Assembly: GCA_001724265.1 (NCBI GenBank)
Contig: MEDY01000268.1
Location: 1-64,000, forward strand
DNA length: 64,000 nucleotides
Origin: Rhizaria sp. SCN 62-66
Taxonomy: Eukaryota
Reading direction: 5' to 3'
Under the pieces are notes generated by a model. That model saw only the letters and a list, made by a program, of their open reading frames with translations. It made no database searches and was not told the origin of the DNA. Position 1 is the first letter of the stretch. Each line of letters opens with the position of its first letter. Shown here piece by piece: positions 1 through 10,805 of this stretch. The position numbers and the translations under genes are program-made.

Positions 1-1
1 T

Positions 2-706
2 ACCGACGCAGTCTCGCTCGTGGCGCTGCAGGCGGACGTCTACAACCCGGGCTCAGCTAAGCGCGCGCGGTTTTTGCTGCTGGTCGCGCCCGACGACGCG
101 CGGCTGCCGAGCCACGCGATGCACTTCCGCGCGGCCACTGCCCGCGGCGCCACGGGGTGGTACGTGCACCGCTGCTTCCGTCCGCCGGGGCAGCCCGCGG
201 GGGCCGCACTGCCGTATCTGACGCTTCACAGCAAGCACGCGCCCTGCGTTACGGGGCCCATCGCGCCGGTGCCCGACGACATCGTCTACGGCGAACACGC
301 ACCCGCGGCGGCGGACGCTGAGTATGCGCCCGGCACGGTGCTGGTGCGGCCGTGGGCCGTGCGGCCTGCGCCCCGCGTTGGCGGCTGGGGCGCGAGCGAT
401 CTGCCCACGTTCGTGGTGTACCGGCCGTGCGCGGCGCACCTGCTGCCGGGCGCGGTGCCCGTCGGCCACGTTGTGTCGTGCACAGGCGGAGATGATGGCG
501 ATTATGAGGAGGATTTTGATGAGCACGGAAACGGCCGTGACTGCGCGGGAAATAGCGCCGAGGGCTTGTTGTTTAACGACACTGCGCTTGCGTGCTTTGA
601 CGCGCTTGCCGCTGCGGACCACTGCGGCGGCAACGGCGAAGACAACCGCTCTAACCTTGAGTGCTGGGCTGCGATCGGGATCCCGTACTTTAAGCCCACT
701 CTATAA
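2..706 (+). CDS. 3' part of a hypothetical protein, open at the window edge
   Basis: GC-rich open frame from position 2 to TAA at 704-706, followed by an abrupt shift to AT-rich sequence. No family recognised. Confidence 0.55.
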   Translation, partial: TDAVSLVALQADVYNPGSAKRARFLLLVAPDDARLPSHAMHFRAATARGATGWYVHRCFRPPGQPAGAALPYLTLHSKHAPCVTGPIAPVPDDIVYGEHAPAAADAEYAPGTVLVRPWAVRPAPRVGGWGASDLPTFVVYRPCAAHLLPGAVPVGHVVSCTGGDDGDYEEDFDEHGNGRDCAGNSAEGLLFNDTALACFDALAAADHCGGNGEDNRSNLECWAAIGIPYFKPTL

Positions 707-1791
707 TATTAGAGTGCGCATTGTGTCTAGCCAGCTGTTCTATCGCTCAGCTTTAGTGTGCAAAGTATGTTGGCTTTCTCCTGCGCTTATCTATTTCGTG
801 CTGTTGGCTCTCGTGAACATTGAGCCTGACATCTTTTTTGCCGTGACAAGATATTCAACTGAATCACAATTATCAATGGCATTGCCTGCTTTTCAAAAGC
901 TGTTAATAGAGTCGATCATGCGACAATTTTAGAGCATTTTTTTCATCGACTTTTGTTCTAAGCGTAACAATCTTTGTGTGTCAAGTACATGTACCGTACG
1001 TACCTGTATATGAATTTACTCATCTACCCTCCAGCGCATTTAGTCGACATACTAGTATTCGTCTGGGAGAAAAGCTTTCAAAAGCGGTTAAATCCCTGTT
1101 ATGTTTATGAAATACAGCGTTAGCAGTGAAACACTACGTATAATCTCTTGGATAGTTTATTCCCTCATACTTAGCACACATGGAACACATCGAACGGTAA
1201 AGTCGATCAGAATTCGTAATTGTGTAGGATAGAGCTATAGGTATGCATTTTTTGTCATACTTCACCGAAAAAATATATAGCTTTAAAACAAATTTGTTCA
1301 TAATTGAACGTAAAAATGTGCTTTCAGTGTTTTGATGGACTGACAGTCAACATTTGGAAACCAAAATTGAGGAAACCAAAATTGATTCTATTGGGATCTC
1401 TCCCAAATCAGTGGGATGCGTACGTGTCACTCAGCGTACAGTACGATATGATTCTTCTCCAGTCCGGGGGCCATCATGTTCAGGCAACAAAACAGTATAT
1501 TCAAATCAGCATCGCGGCGGAGTACATAAATCTTGTTACTCACTCGCGTTCGTCTAATTAACGATCTGTACGAGTCTTTGACAATTGGGCCGTGGCCTGT
1601 AGCAACAGATTCGCGCCATATTGCATTACTTACATGGGATTACGAGTTAATTAGTATAATTATTGGTGCTACACGAGTATTCAGCGAACTCGCTTGGGAT
1701 CACAATACGGAGTAGCGGGAGCAGTGCGCCGCCAAAAGATTGGCAGCAGAAGTGGCATCAGTTCAGCGCATTGGTGGTGACTGAACGGCCC

Positions 1792-3481
1792 TCACACGGT
1801 GTAGACAACCTTCTGGTAGAGGCCGCCAAAGAAGAGCTCCTTGGTGCGGCCTGTAATGCGCGCGGCATCGACTGGCGCAATGAAGGCGTCGATCTCGTGC
1901 TCCCACAGGTCGTCCGCGAATGGCTCCAGGTGCTTGTTGACTGGGAGGAAATGCGAGGGGGCAGACGGTTCGACAGGATTGAACAAGAGCAGAGAAGGGA
2001 GAGAATGAGCGAGATAGCACAAGGACAAACATCGTTAGTTGAAAACACGTCAACAACCAATAGCAAAGCCACACATATACAAGATGAGGGAATGCTTGAA
2101 CAGATTTCGTCGAAAAACAGCGGGTTGTCCCTTAGGAGTCAAGACATACCAAGACGCATGATAGGCTTAACCGGGTTCACACTGCTGGGCTAGTGGTAGT
2201 CAACAAAGACAAGCTTGGCGCCCGGCTGTGCGACGCGGAAGGCCTCGGAGATGATGCGGCGGCGCACGTCCTCGGGCACCTCGTGCATCAGGAAGAAGGA
2301 CAGCACGAACCCGAACTCGCGGTCGCTGGCGAGGAAAACGAAGGCAAAGAGGCACAAAAACAGTGGCGTTTGACAAAAAAATCAAATAAAATTAGCCACA
2401 GTACCAAAAGAAGCTATTTCAAGCAAGAGAGTAGTCAGATAACCAAATCAGACGCGAGTCAATCAAGTGATAGAGCTGCATGGTACGAAACAGGTATGGC
2501 AGCATTCAAAAACATCGCACAATTGATACGGTAATGCGGCGCTCGCCGCGCGTGCATAACACCCGTCTCGCGCACGTACCCGTAGCAGCTCATGTTAACT
2601 GCATCACCCTGGCGCAGCGTGAACCGACGCGCGTCCTTAACCGTCGCAGAATTGGCGCCGCTGCCACCGCTGCTGCCGCTGCTGCTGCTGCTGCTGCTGG
2701 TGTAAGCGCGATCCATAAAGATCTTGCTCGTCTCTGCCTCAGCCGCCGTCGCTGCCGCCGCAGTGGCGGCGGGCGCGGCGAGCGGGGCCCGCGCGTGCTC
2801 TGCGTCAACCTTGCGCGCGACGATGTCGAGCTGCACGGTCGAGATGTCGACGATCTCCAGCCGCGCGCCGGGCTCGAGCGCGGAGAAGAGGGCGGGCGAC
2901 ACGCTGCCGTACGCGCATGCAATCTGCAGACAGTCCCCGTTTACCGCGGGCGCGGCAGTACCGGTCTTGGTAGCGGCGGCGTTTTTGGCCGCGTCGACGT
3001 GGGCGCGGTACTCGGCGACGGCGGCGTCGCGCAGGCGGTCATAGTTGCCCCAGAGGATCATGTTGACAACAAAAGGGTGATCAAAAACCTTGGGCGACCA
3101 GGGCTGCAGGTAGGCCCACCAGTAGACGCGCTTCATGTAGTCGGGCATGGCCGCCACGGGTGCGAAAGCCGGGTCAGCCAGCGGCGATGCGAAGTGCTCG
3201 AACGGCGTCGCCGGCATCGGGATAGACGAGGATGCCTTCGCCAGCGAGAGAAGTGGCGGCACGGCCGTCGCAGACAACGACGCGGCCGCGGAAGGGACGC
3301 CCGCGTGAGAGGCGGTCGCTGCGGGCGCGGCGGCGGCGGCGGGCGCGGCGGCAGCGGCAGCGAAGGCTGTGCGTGGGACACTGGCGACGCGCAGAGGAGC
3401 CACAGACAGTGCAGATGAGCTGCGCAGAGGCACAGCGCGCGCTAGACTGCCTAAAAGACGCCCCAAACCACGGCTCGCCAT
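1792..3481 (-). CDS. rquA: Rhodoquinone biosynthesis protein RquA with predicted mitochondrial presequence; 3 exons (3481-2580, 2325-2150, 1940-1792), about 408 aa, in-frame TAG at 2190-2192
   Basis: RquA-type motifs PDYMKRVYWWAY, VFDHPFVVNMILWGNY, LQIACAYG, FFLMHEVPED, VFVDYH*P, LEPFADDLW and GGLYQKVV. Splice phases join correctly (GG|C, G|TC). Arg/Ser/Ala/Leu-rich N-terminus without acidic residues. Ends in TGA. Confidence 0.9.
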
Positions 3482-3940
3482 GAGTCTATCTACAACAGTG
3501 AAGTGATAAAGAGGTAGACGGACAAATGCAAGTCAGTTGTGAAGACGCTGATGTTACTAGAGCGTATCTTCAGGAGTAGATATCACATGAGAAACAGACT
3601 TATATTACATAAAAAAATGTTAAGCAAAATATAAAAGCCAGGATGAAGTAGAATACGAAGATTGATTCGCTATTCACTGTCAGAGGACGCCACGCAACAA
3701 AGCAATTGGTCGACAATACGTCACCCTCCTCTGTCGCGACTGCAGTCCCCCTGTTTCCGCCAAGAAGGTGTGACCAGGAGGGTCAGGAAAAAGTAGAATC
3801 TGTGAAACAAATTGGTGTATTGTTGTTGTTGATCGTTTACAGTGTATTGCCAGCAAGGCCGTGGCCATCTAAACTTATTCACGACAGATTTAGCGCATAT
3901 ACTGCGATATTCCTGATTTGCGGCGCGGTTGTTTGTGTGC

Positions 3941-4522
3941 TCACTCAGACATCGCAACGGGCGCGGCGGCGGCGGGCTCGGCGAGCGTTACGAGGGTGAT
4001 GTTGTCGCCCTTGAGCATCATGCGCCCAATAGCCTTAGACGTGTCCTTTTTAGTGTTGATCTGCGCGGGCGAATGAGCGATGATATGGAAGAGTGATGGT
4101 GTGAGCTAGTAAAGAGGGAAAGATAGCAAATGAGGCGAGATGAAAGGGAAAGCTGCGTACCTCCTGCGCGTTGTCGAGGACGACATTCATGAACTCGTCA
4201 AAACCAATGATCACACCCTCGAGGTAGGTGTCCGTGTGCTCGACGAGCCAGATGCGGACGCGCGATTTCTAGGGAGGTGAAGAACGGGGCGAAAAGAGAT
4301 TGAGAGAGTGAGCAGGCCGTTAGAGAACAGAAGGGAGAGAGGCGCTGTGCAAGAAAGAGTCGTTAACAAAGCAGAGCATGCAGATATAGTAAAAAAACAA
4401 GCACAAGTACACATCACATGGGTAATTGGTTTACGTACAGCCTGGAGGAAGCGGAAGAGGACGTTGACAGGAAGGACGGTGGCCTTCTGCTTCTTAGTGG
4501 TGGCGGCAATGTCGACAGACAT
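3941..4522 (-). CDS. SNRPE: Small nuclear ribonucleoprotein E (SmE); 3 exons (4522-4439, 4268-4161, 4060-3941), 103 aa
   Basis: Spliced translation PVNVLFRFLQA-KSRVRIWLVEHTDTYLEGVIIGFDEFMNVVLDNAQE-INTKKDTSKAIGRMMLKGDNITLV gives the SmE Sm1/Sm2 motifs. Not present as a whole in the ORF track. Ends in TGA. Confidence 0.93.
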
Positions 4523-4983
4523 GGTGTGGCGTGCGATCGAGGCTTTGATTTAAATCCCTTTACAAATATAGCGCAGGTGAAAACGCAATGGAAACGCGCA
4601 AAGTGGCGAAATTACAATTGGCGAAGACAATCTCCCACAAATCAACCGACAAAATCAGCCCGCGGACCCAGCTGCTGCGTCCAGCAACTCGGCCTTTTTT
4701 CGGAACTGCTTCGGCAGACTGGCTGGACACCAACAGCAACCCTGCCTTTGGACGTCTCTAAGTCAATATATAGTCCGTCATTGAATATGTGACACATGCT
4801 TTCGAATTTAACATCACATCTATTTGCTACTCTGGAAATTGAGCTGTTTGGCATACTAATCCTGCAACATTGAAGGGCTTAGAACTGACGGCCGTTTTTC
4901 CCCCTTCCTCTCTTCTCTCTCGGCCTTTCCTTTTCTCCTTACAGACTCTTCAAAAAGCTTCCTCAACCATTTTCGGCGCGCCA

Positions 4984-7900
4984 ATGTTCCATCTTGGCGC
5001 CGCGGCGCGCGACATGGTGATGGTGCACGAGCAGATGACGATCTGGCAGCTTAAGCTGCGAATCCAGGACCGCGACGGATACGTGGCGCAGGAGTTCGAG
5101 CTGCACCGCCAGCTCTCCTCCACCTCCTCAGTCTCGACTTCTTCCGCGCTGCCGTCGTCCTCGCGCGGCCACGGGGCCGCGGCGAGCGAGCGGTTTACGA
5201 CTGGCTCGCTGACCGTGGTGTCTGTGATGGTGCACAACGACCAGACGCTGCGCGAACTTGGTATCACCGCCGAAACCCCTGAGCCGCTCTACATCGAGCT
5301 CATCCGTCCCCCTGTTGACGACACCATGCACGGCTCCGGCGCCGCGAGTGGCGCCGGAAGTGGCGGCGCGGGGCACGCGCGCAGGGACTCGCTGCAGTTC
5401 GCGGGACAACCATCGCAGCTTGGACAGTCTGGACAGTCTGGACAATCGCAGTCTCAGTCGCAGCGTTTGCAGGCGCAGTCGTCGCCGTCGCAGTTGTCGC
5501 AGGATCAGCTGCTCGAGGTGTACGGCGCGCGCTTTGACGAGAGCTCTGTGCCGCCGGACCAGCTTTTCCCGCTGCTCGTCACGCTCGCGCGCGAAGGCGA
5601 CATCACGCGCACCGCACTCGTGCACACACCTGCACTCACACACAGCGCGCACAACGCTGCGGGCGGCGGGGCCGACTACAGTCCGCCGGGCTCGGCCGCG
5701 TCCGGCGCCGCGGGGGCGGTCCGCAGGCTGCCCAACGGGCTCTCGAACGCCTCCGCCTCCGCAGGCAACAACGGCAACGGCGGCGGCAATGCCTCAGGCC
5801 AACAACAACAACAACAAAAACAACAACAACACCAACAGCAGGCGTTTCTGACTGCGTCTGCGGCGGACCCGTACGCGTCGCTGGCCGTGGTATCCGGCCA
5901 CTACACGCTTGTTGGCGTCGACGGCACGCCCTTGCTCGCCGCTCTCGCCACCCCCGGTGGCAGCGGCGGCTCTGGCGGCGCTGGCGGCAACGCGGGCGGC
6001 GTCGACTACGAGGCCGTGCTCGCGCGCTCCCGCAGCCGCGCCGCCGCCGAGCGAAGGACTGCCACATCATCTGCAGCTTACCACGGCGCCGGCGGTGGTG
6101 CGGGCGACGGCGAGCCATTGCCGCGCATGTCGCCCGCGCTCAGCGGCGTCAGCGGCTCTAGTGAAGGGCCGGGCAGCAGCTCGCGCCTCGCCTCCACGGC
6201 CCTCGCACCCGCCGTAGCCCCCGCCGTCGTAGCCGCCGGCGTGCCGCCTTACGGCGCAGGCGTGCTCGCGCCCTCATTGCGCGCTTCGACAGGCTCCAAC
6301 GCCAGCGCAAGCTCTGCTGTTGCTGATGCTGCTGCTGCTGCTGCGTCATCAAACTCTAGCTCTAGTGCGAGCGCCGCCGTCGCCGCCCGCCGCGCGACCG
6401 CCTCACCCGCCGCTCACACCACAGGCGCTCCCGCTAGTGCTCACACAGGCGCTGGCGCTGCGATGGGCGGCGGCTCTGCGCTGGACGCGGCGCTGGCCGC
6501 GCTGGGCGCCGCGGCAGCCGTGGCGGAGGTGGCGCAGCTGGAGCACCGACAGGCGCACCACTACGCACGCGTGCACTCCGAGGCGCTCGACGGGTACCGG
6601 CTGCTGGCCGCGGGCGACGCCGCAGTGCCCGAGCACGTGCACCGCGTGGTGCTCCTCGCGCAGACGCCCAAACTCGCCACCACGGGCCCCGTCGGCGATC
6701 TGGCGCTCTTCTCCAGTCTGTCGTTCCTCGACGTGAGCGGCAACGCGCTGCCGCTGGCGCCGCTGGGCACGCTGCCCGCGCTCGAGCATCTAATGCTCGC
6801 CTGCAACGGGCTACGCGGGGCGGACCTGGTGCCCATCCCGGCCTCGGAGCCCGGCGGCGCACAGGAGCACGACGACAACTACAACGCCGCCGCCGCCGTC
6901 GCCGCGCTCGCAGTCAGGAGCGGCGGCGGAGGCGCGCACACGGGCGCGGGCGCCTTCGCTGATGTCGCCGCAGACAGTGGCGGCGCGGCGGTGTCGGGCC
7001 GCGCCCGCCGCGCGCTGCGGCGCCAGCGGCGGCTGGTTCGACGTCGCGCCGCCGCGGCCGCGCTGGCGGAGGTGCGCGCACGCGTCGTCGCCCGCTCCGG
7101 CGGCACGTCCGAGGAGGTCGCCGCTGCTGCGGTGCCGGATCCCGTCTCCGGCGACGACATCGACCTCGACGCAGAAGCAGCAGCGCAAGGAACCGGGGGT
7201 GGCGGCGGCGTGCGCGGTACGCCTGGGCACGCGTTCGACGGGGACATGTCGCTCTACGGCGACTCGTCCACCGACTCTGAGCCTGAGGGCGACGCCGCTG
7301 GCGCGGGCGCTGGCGGCCCCGACGCGGGCGGCCTGAAGAAGGCCTAGAGCGTCGACGTGTCGGCCGCCGGTGCCACTGACGGCAGCGGCGGCGACGGGTT
7401 CGGACCGGAGGGCTCTGCGATTGCGGGTTCGGCGTCGGGCGCGGCCGGTCTGGGCGTCGCGGGCGCGGGCGGCGAGGAGGCCGGCGCCGCGCACTACGCG
7501 CTCTTCAGCTCCGACATCCGCCGCGATGAGCTCGAGCAGGCCCGCTCTGCCGCCGCGGCGGCCGCGGCCGCCGCGCGCGCCAAAGCCGGCGGCAATAACG
7601 ATGGCGACGGCGACGCGGAGGACGAGGCGGACGAGGAAGCGGTGGCGCTGCTGGCCGCGCGTAACGCGGCGGCGGCGGCGGTGCGGCGGCCCCGCGCGGC
7701 GCGGCGCGAGCGTTTGCACCGCGGGCGCGCGCGGCTCGCGGCGGCAGCGCTCTCGCTGTCGGCCGCGGCGAGCGCCGAGGAGGTCTGGGCCGTCACGCGC
7801 GACATCCGCGCCTCGGCCGAGCCCGCGGCGCTCGAGGCCGCGCTGCGCCTTGGCTGGCCTGACGTCGTGGCCGCGCGCACCGCGCACGGCGAGGGACTAT

Positions 7901-10353
7901 CGGTGCCCGCGCGCGGCGACGCGGGCGCCGAGGCGCTGCGGCAGCTGCGTGAGCTGCAGCGCGCAGAGGCGTTTCTTGCGGCATACCCACCCGCGACGCT
8001 CGCGCCCATGGTCGGCTTCGGCGCTTTGCTCTCGCTCGACCTCAGCTACAACGCGCTGCCGCCCGCGGCCGTGCTGCAGCTCGCAGCGCTGCCGCGTCTC
8101 CAGGAACTCAGGCTTGCCGGCAACGACTTGCGCTTTCTCCCGGCGGATTTAAGCGCTTTCCGCGCGCTTCGCAGGCTGTCATTGCGCCGGAACCTGCTCG
8201 GCGGCGCCTCGCTGCTCCAGTCAAACAACACCGGCGGCAGCAAGAGCGGCAGCTTCAGCGCCAGCGCGAGCGGCGCGCCCGCCGAGAGCGAGTCCGCGGT
8301 GTGGGAGCCCGACGCTGTGCAGCTGCAGCTGGCACTGTACCACTCGCTGGCGTCGCTGCCGGCGCTGGAAGAGCTCGACTTGAGCGAGAACAACCTCACT
8401 CTGTTCCCGTCGCCTGACGCGCTTGAGGCCTTCGCGCGCCGCGGGCGCCAGTCTGCGCTGACGTCAGCGCCCGCTGTGGCGCGCTTCGTGACGGCCGCGC
8501 TGGGCGCCGCGGCGGGCGCGGCCGTGCAGCAGCGCTTCGTGGCGAACCGGCGCGCACGCGAGGCTCGCCGCGCCGGTGCCGCGGGGCTGCCGCTCAAGGA
8601 GCCCTGGGAAGAGGCGCTGCCGCCCCACGCGTCCGGCGCAGAACGGCTACGGGCGAAGCGCGAGTACGAGCGCGACCAGCTCCGCAGCCACACCGCGGCC
8701 GCAAATGCTAACGCTAGCGCCAGCGGCAACGCTAGCGTTAAGGCGAGCATTCTCGTCCTGCGCTCTGCCGGGTCGGTGCTGGCGAGCACTGCCGAGGGAG
8801 TTGAGGAGGAGGAGAACAGCGGCAACTGCGGCGCCACGGCTGCTGAGGTGGACATGGGCATGCCCGTGTTCCCGCGGCTGAGCGTGCTGAACCTGTCGAT
8901 CAACCACATTGCGAGCGAGCACGCGCTCGTCGGACTGGGTGTACTGCGCGCGCTGCGCTGGGTCGACGTGCGCGGCAATGTCTTTAACGCCGCCATTAAC
9001 ACGCAGCTGCACTCGCGCCTCCCGCCGCTCGCCGTGGCATTTCCCGTGCTCGCGCGCTTCGTCGTGCAGCAGGCCGGTGCGTCACTCGTAGTGGCCAACC
9101 CGCGGCCCGCGCCCGCGCCCGGACAGGAGAACGACCACATCATGGTCCCCGGCCGCACATCGCGCACAGCGGCGCTGCCCGCGCAGTCGCGATCGCAGCA
9201 ACAGCAGCTGGTGCACGACGACTGGCTGGCGGCAGATCCCGGCTCCGCCCCGCTGACCGCCCCCGGCACTGCGGGCAGACGCGGGGGTTCCGCCGCCTCT
9301 GCCGCGGCGGCTCCAGCGGCGCCTGAAAACGCGCGGTGGACCGTGCCGGCGCAGTCCCGCGTGGGCACCACCGGCACCGTCACCGTCAGTTCTCACCCCA
9401 ACAACACTGGCGTTTTGACCAACTATGACTCGGGCCGCACCAGCGGCGTCGTCGCGGGCTCCGGCGCTGCGCACACCAAGGGGGGCGCGAGCGGCGCTGC
9501 GGATGAGCTGCGGTACATGCTGGCCGCGGGCAGCGCGGACGTGTCGGGCTTGCTGGCGGGCTCGCCCTACGCCGCAGTGCTGGTGCAAGCCGACGCCGAG
9601 GACGAGCAGCGCTGGCGCATGCAGCGCGCGGGCGCTCTACCGCCGCAGCCGCGCGGGGCGGTCACCACCGCGCAGCTGCGCGCCTCGCTGCGCCCGCACG
9701 TTCCGCCCGCCGTGCGCGGCGCGCGCGCGGCCGAGCGCCATCAGCGCCAGCAGCACAAGCAGCTGCAGCAGCAACGGCAACGGCAGCAGCAGCGGGGGTT
9801 GGCGACTGCGGGTGAGAACGCGCTCGCATTTACGCCCGCTGCCGGCCGCGCCGAGGCCACTGCGGCCGCCGTGGCCGCGCGTGCCGCCACCACGGGCCGC
9901 TTTGCTAACTCGGCGTCGATGTCGGCATCGACGGCGTCGCTGGGCTCTGGAGCGGGCCGCGCAGCGTTGTACGCGCGTGTTGACGCCGCCGTGGACTCGC
10001 TCGACGCCGCGCTGCGCAGTGCGGACACGGCGCAGGGCTACGTGGGCGGCAACGCGGCCGCCGCGGCGGTGCTCCCGCAGCACACGCAGACCGTCCGTGC
10101 GCGCGCCCGCGGCGTTGGAAGTGACCACGGTCACGGACAGCATGGCCACAGCCGGCTTGAGGCGCTGGGCCTGCGCGAGTCGGTTCAGTGTGCGGGCGGG
10201 GACCCGGCGGACAGCGGCGTGTTCGTGTCGCGGCAGATGGCGCGCGCGGAGGAACGCCGCGAGAAGGAGAAGCGCGCACACGACGTCGAGATCCTGCTGC
10301 GCACGGTCAATACGGCGCTCGCAGAGAGCCTCTGGGGACAGGACGCGCAGTGA
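4984..10353 (+). CDS. Large leucine-rich-repeat protein (possibly XRRA1-like) with a possible N-terminal ubiquitin-like segment; about 1789 aa if the TAG at 7345-7347 is read through
   Basis: ORFs 4870-7347 and 7357-10353 share a frame and are separated only by TAG AGC GTC GAC. LRR units lie on both sides (LSFLDVSGNAL, LEHLMLACNGL; LLSLDLSYNAL, LQELRLAGNDL, LEELDLSENNL, LSVLNLSINHI). The start codon is uncertain and an upstream exon is possible. Confidence 0.7.
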
Positions 10354-10805
10354 GATCTTGGCGGATATGCAGCGCTGATGAGCACTAACTGATTTATTTT
10401 TATAGTCATACTCTATATTTAGTATTAAAATACACATAGTTTCATATTTTCTCTGATTAGTCTCTGTTATCTCCTCTTTGCTGAACTCTCCCTGCTTTTC
10501 CACGTGCACGGCGTGTGCCTCGTAGGTGCGAGAGAGCTCGAATCAGACCACGATCAAGGCTTCAAAATTACATCGTTCAAATGGGGTAATTCTGCGTCAA
10601 TCAGCGGGCGCGGTCGATTTCTAGATTGATCTCTACATTTAATTTCTTTTTCTATTTTTACATTGCGAAAAGACTGTATAGAGTCCTCAGGCGAAGCGCT
10701 TAATATACACCCGCGACCACCCATCTCGAGCCGTTGTCCGTCCCGCGCTTTTCTGGCCCGAGCGGAGGCTTCCCCTTTTCCCAGCCCGCGTTTGCCCCGC
10801 GCAGA

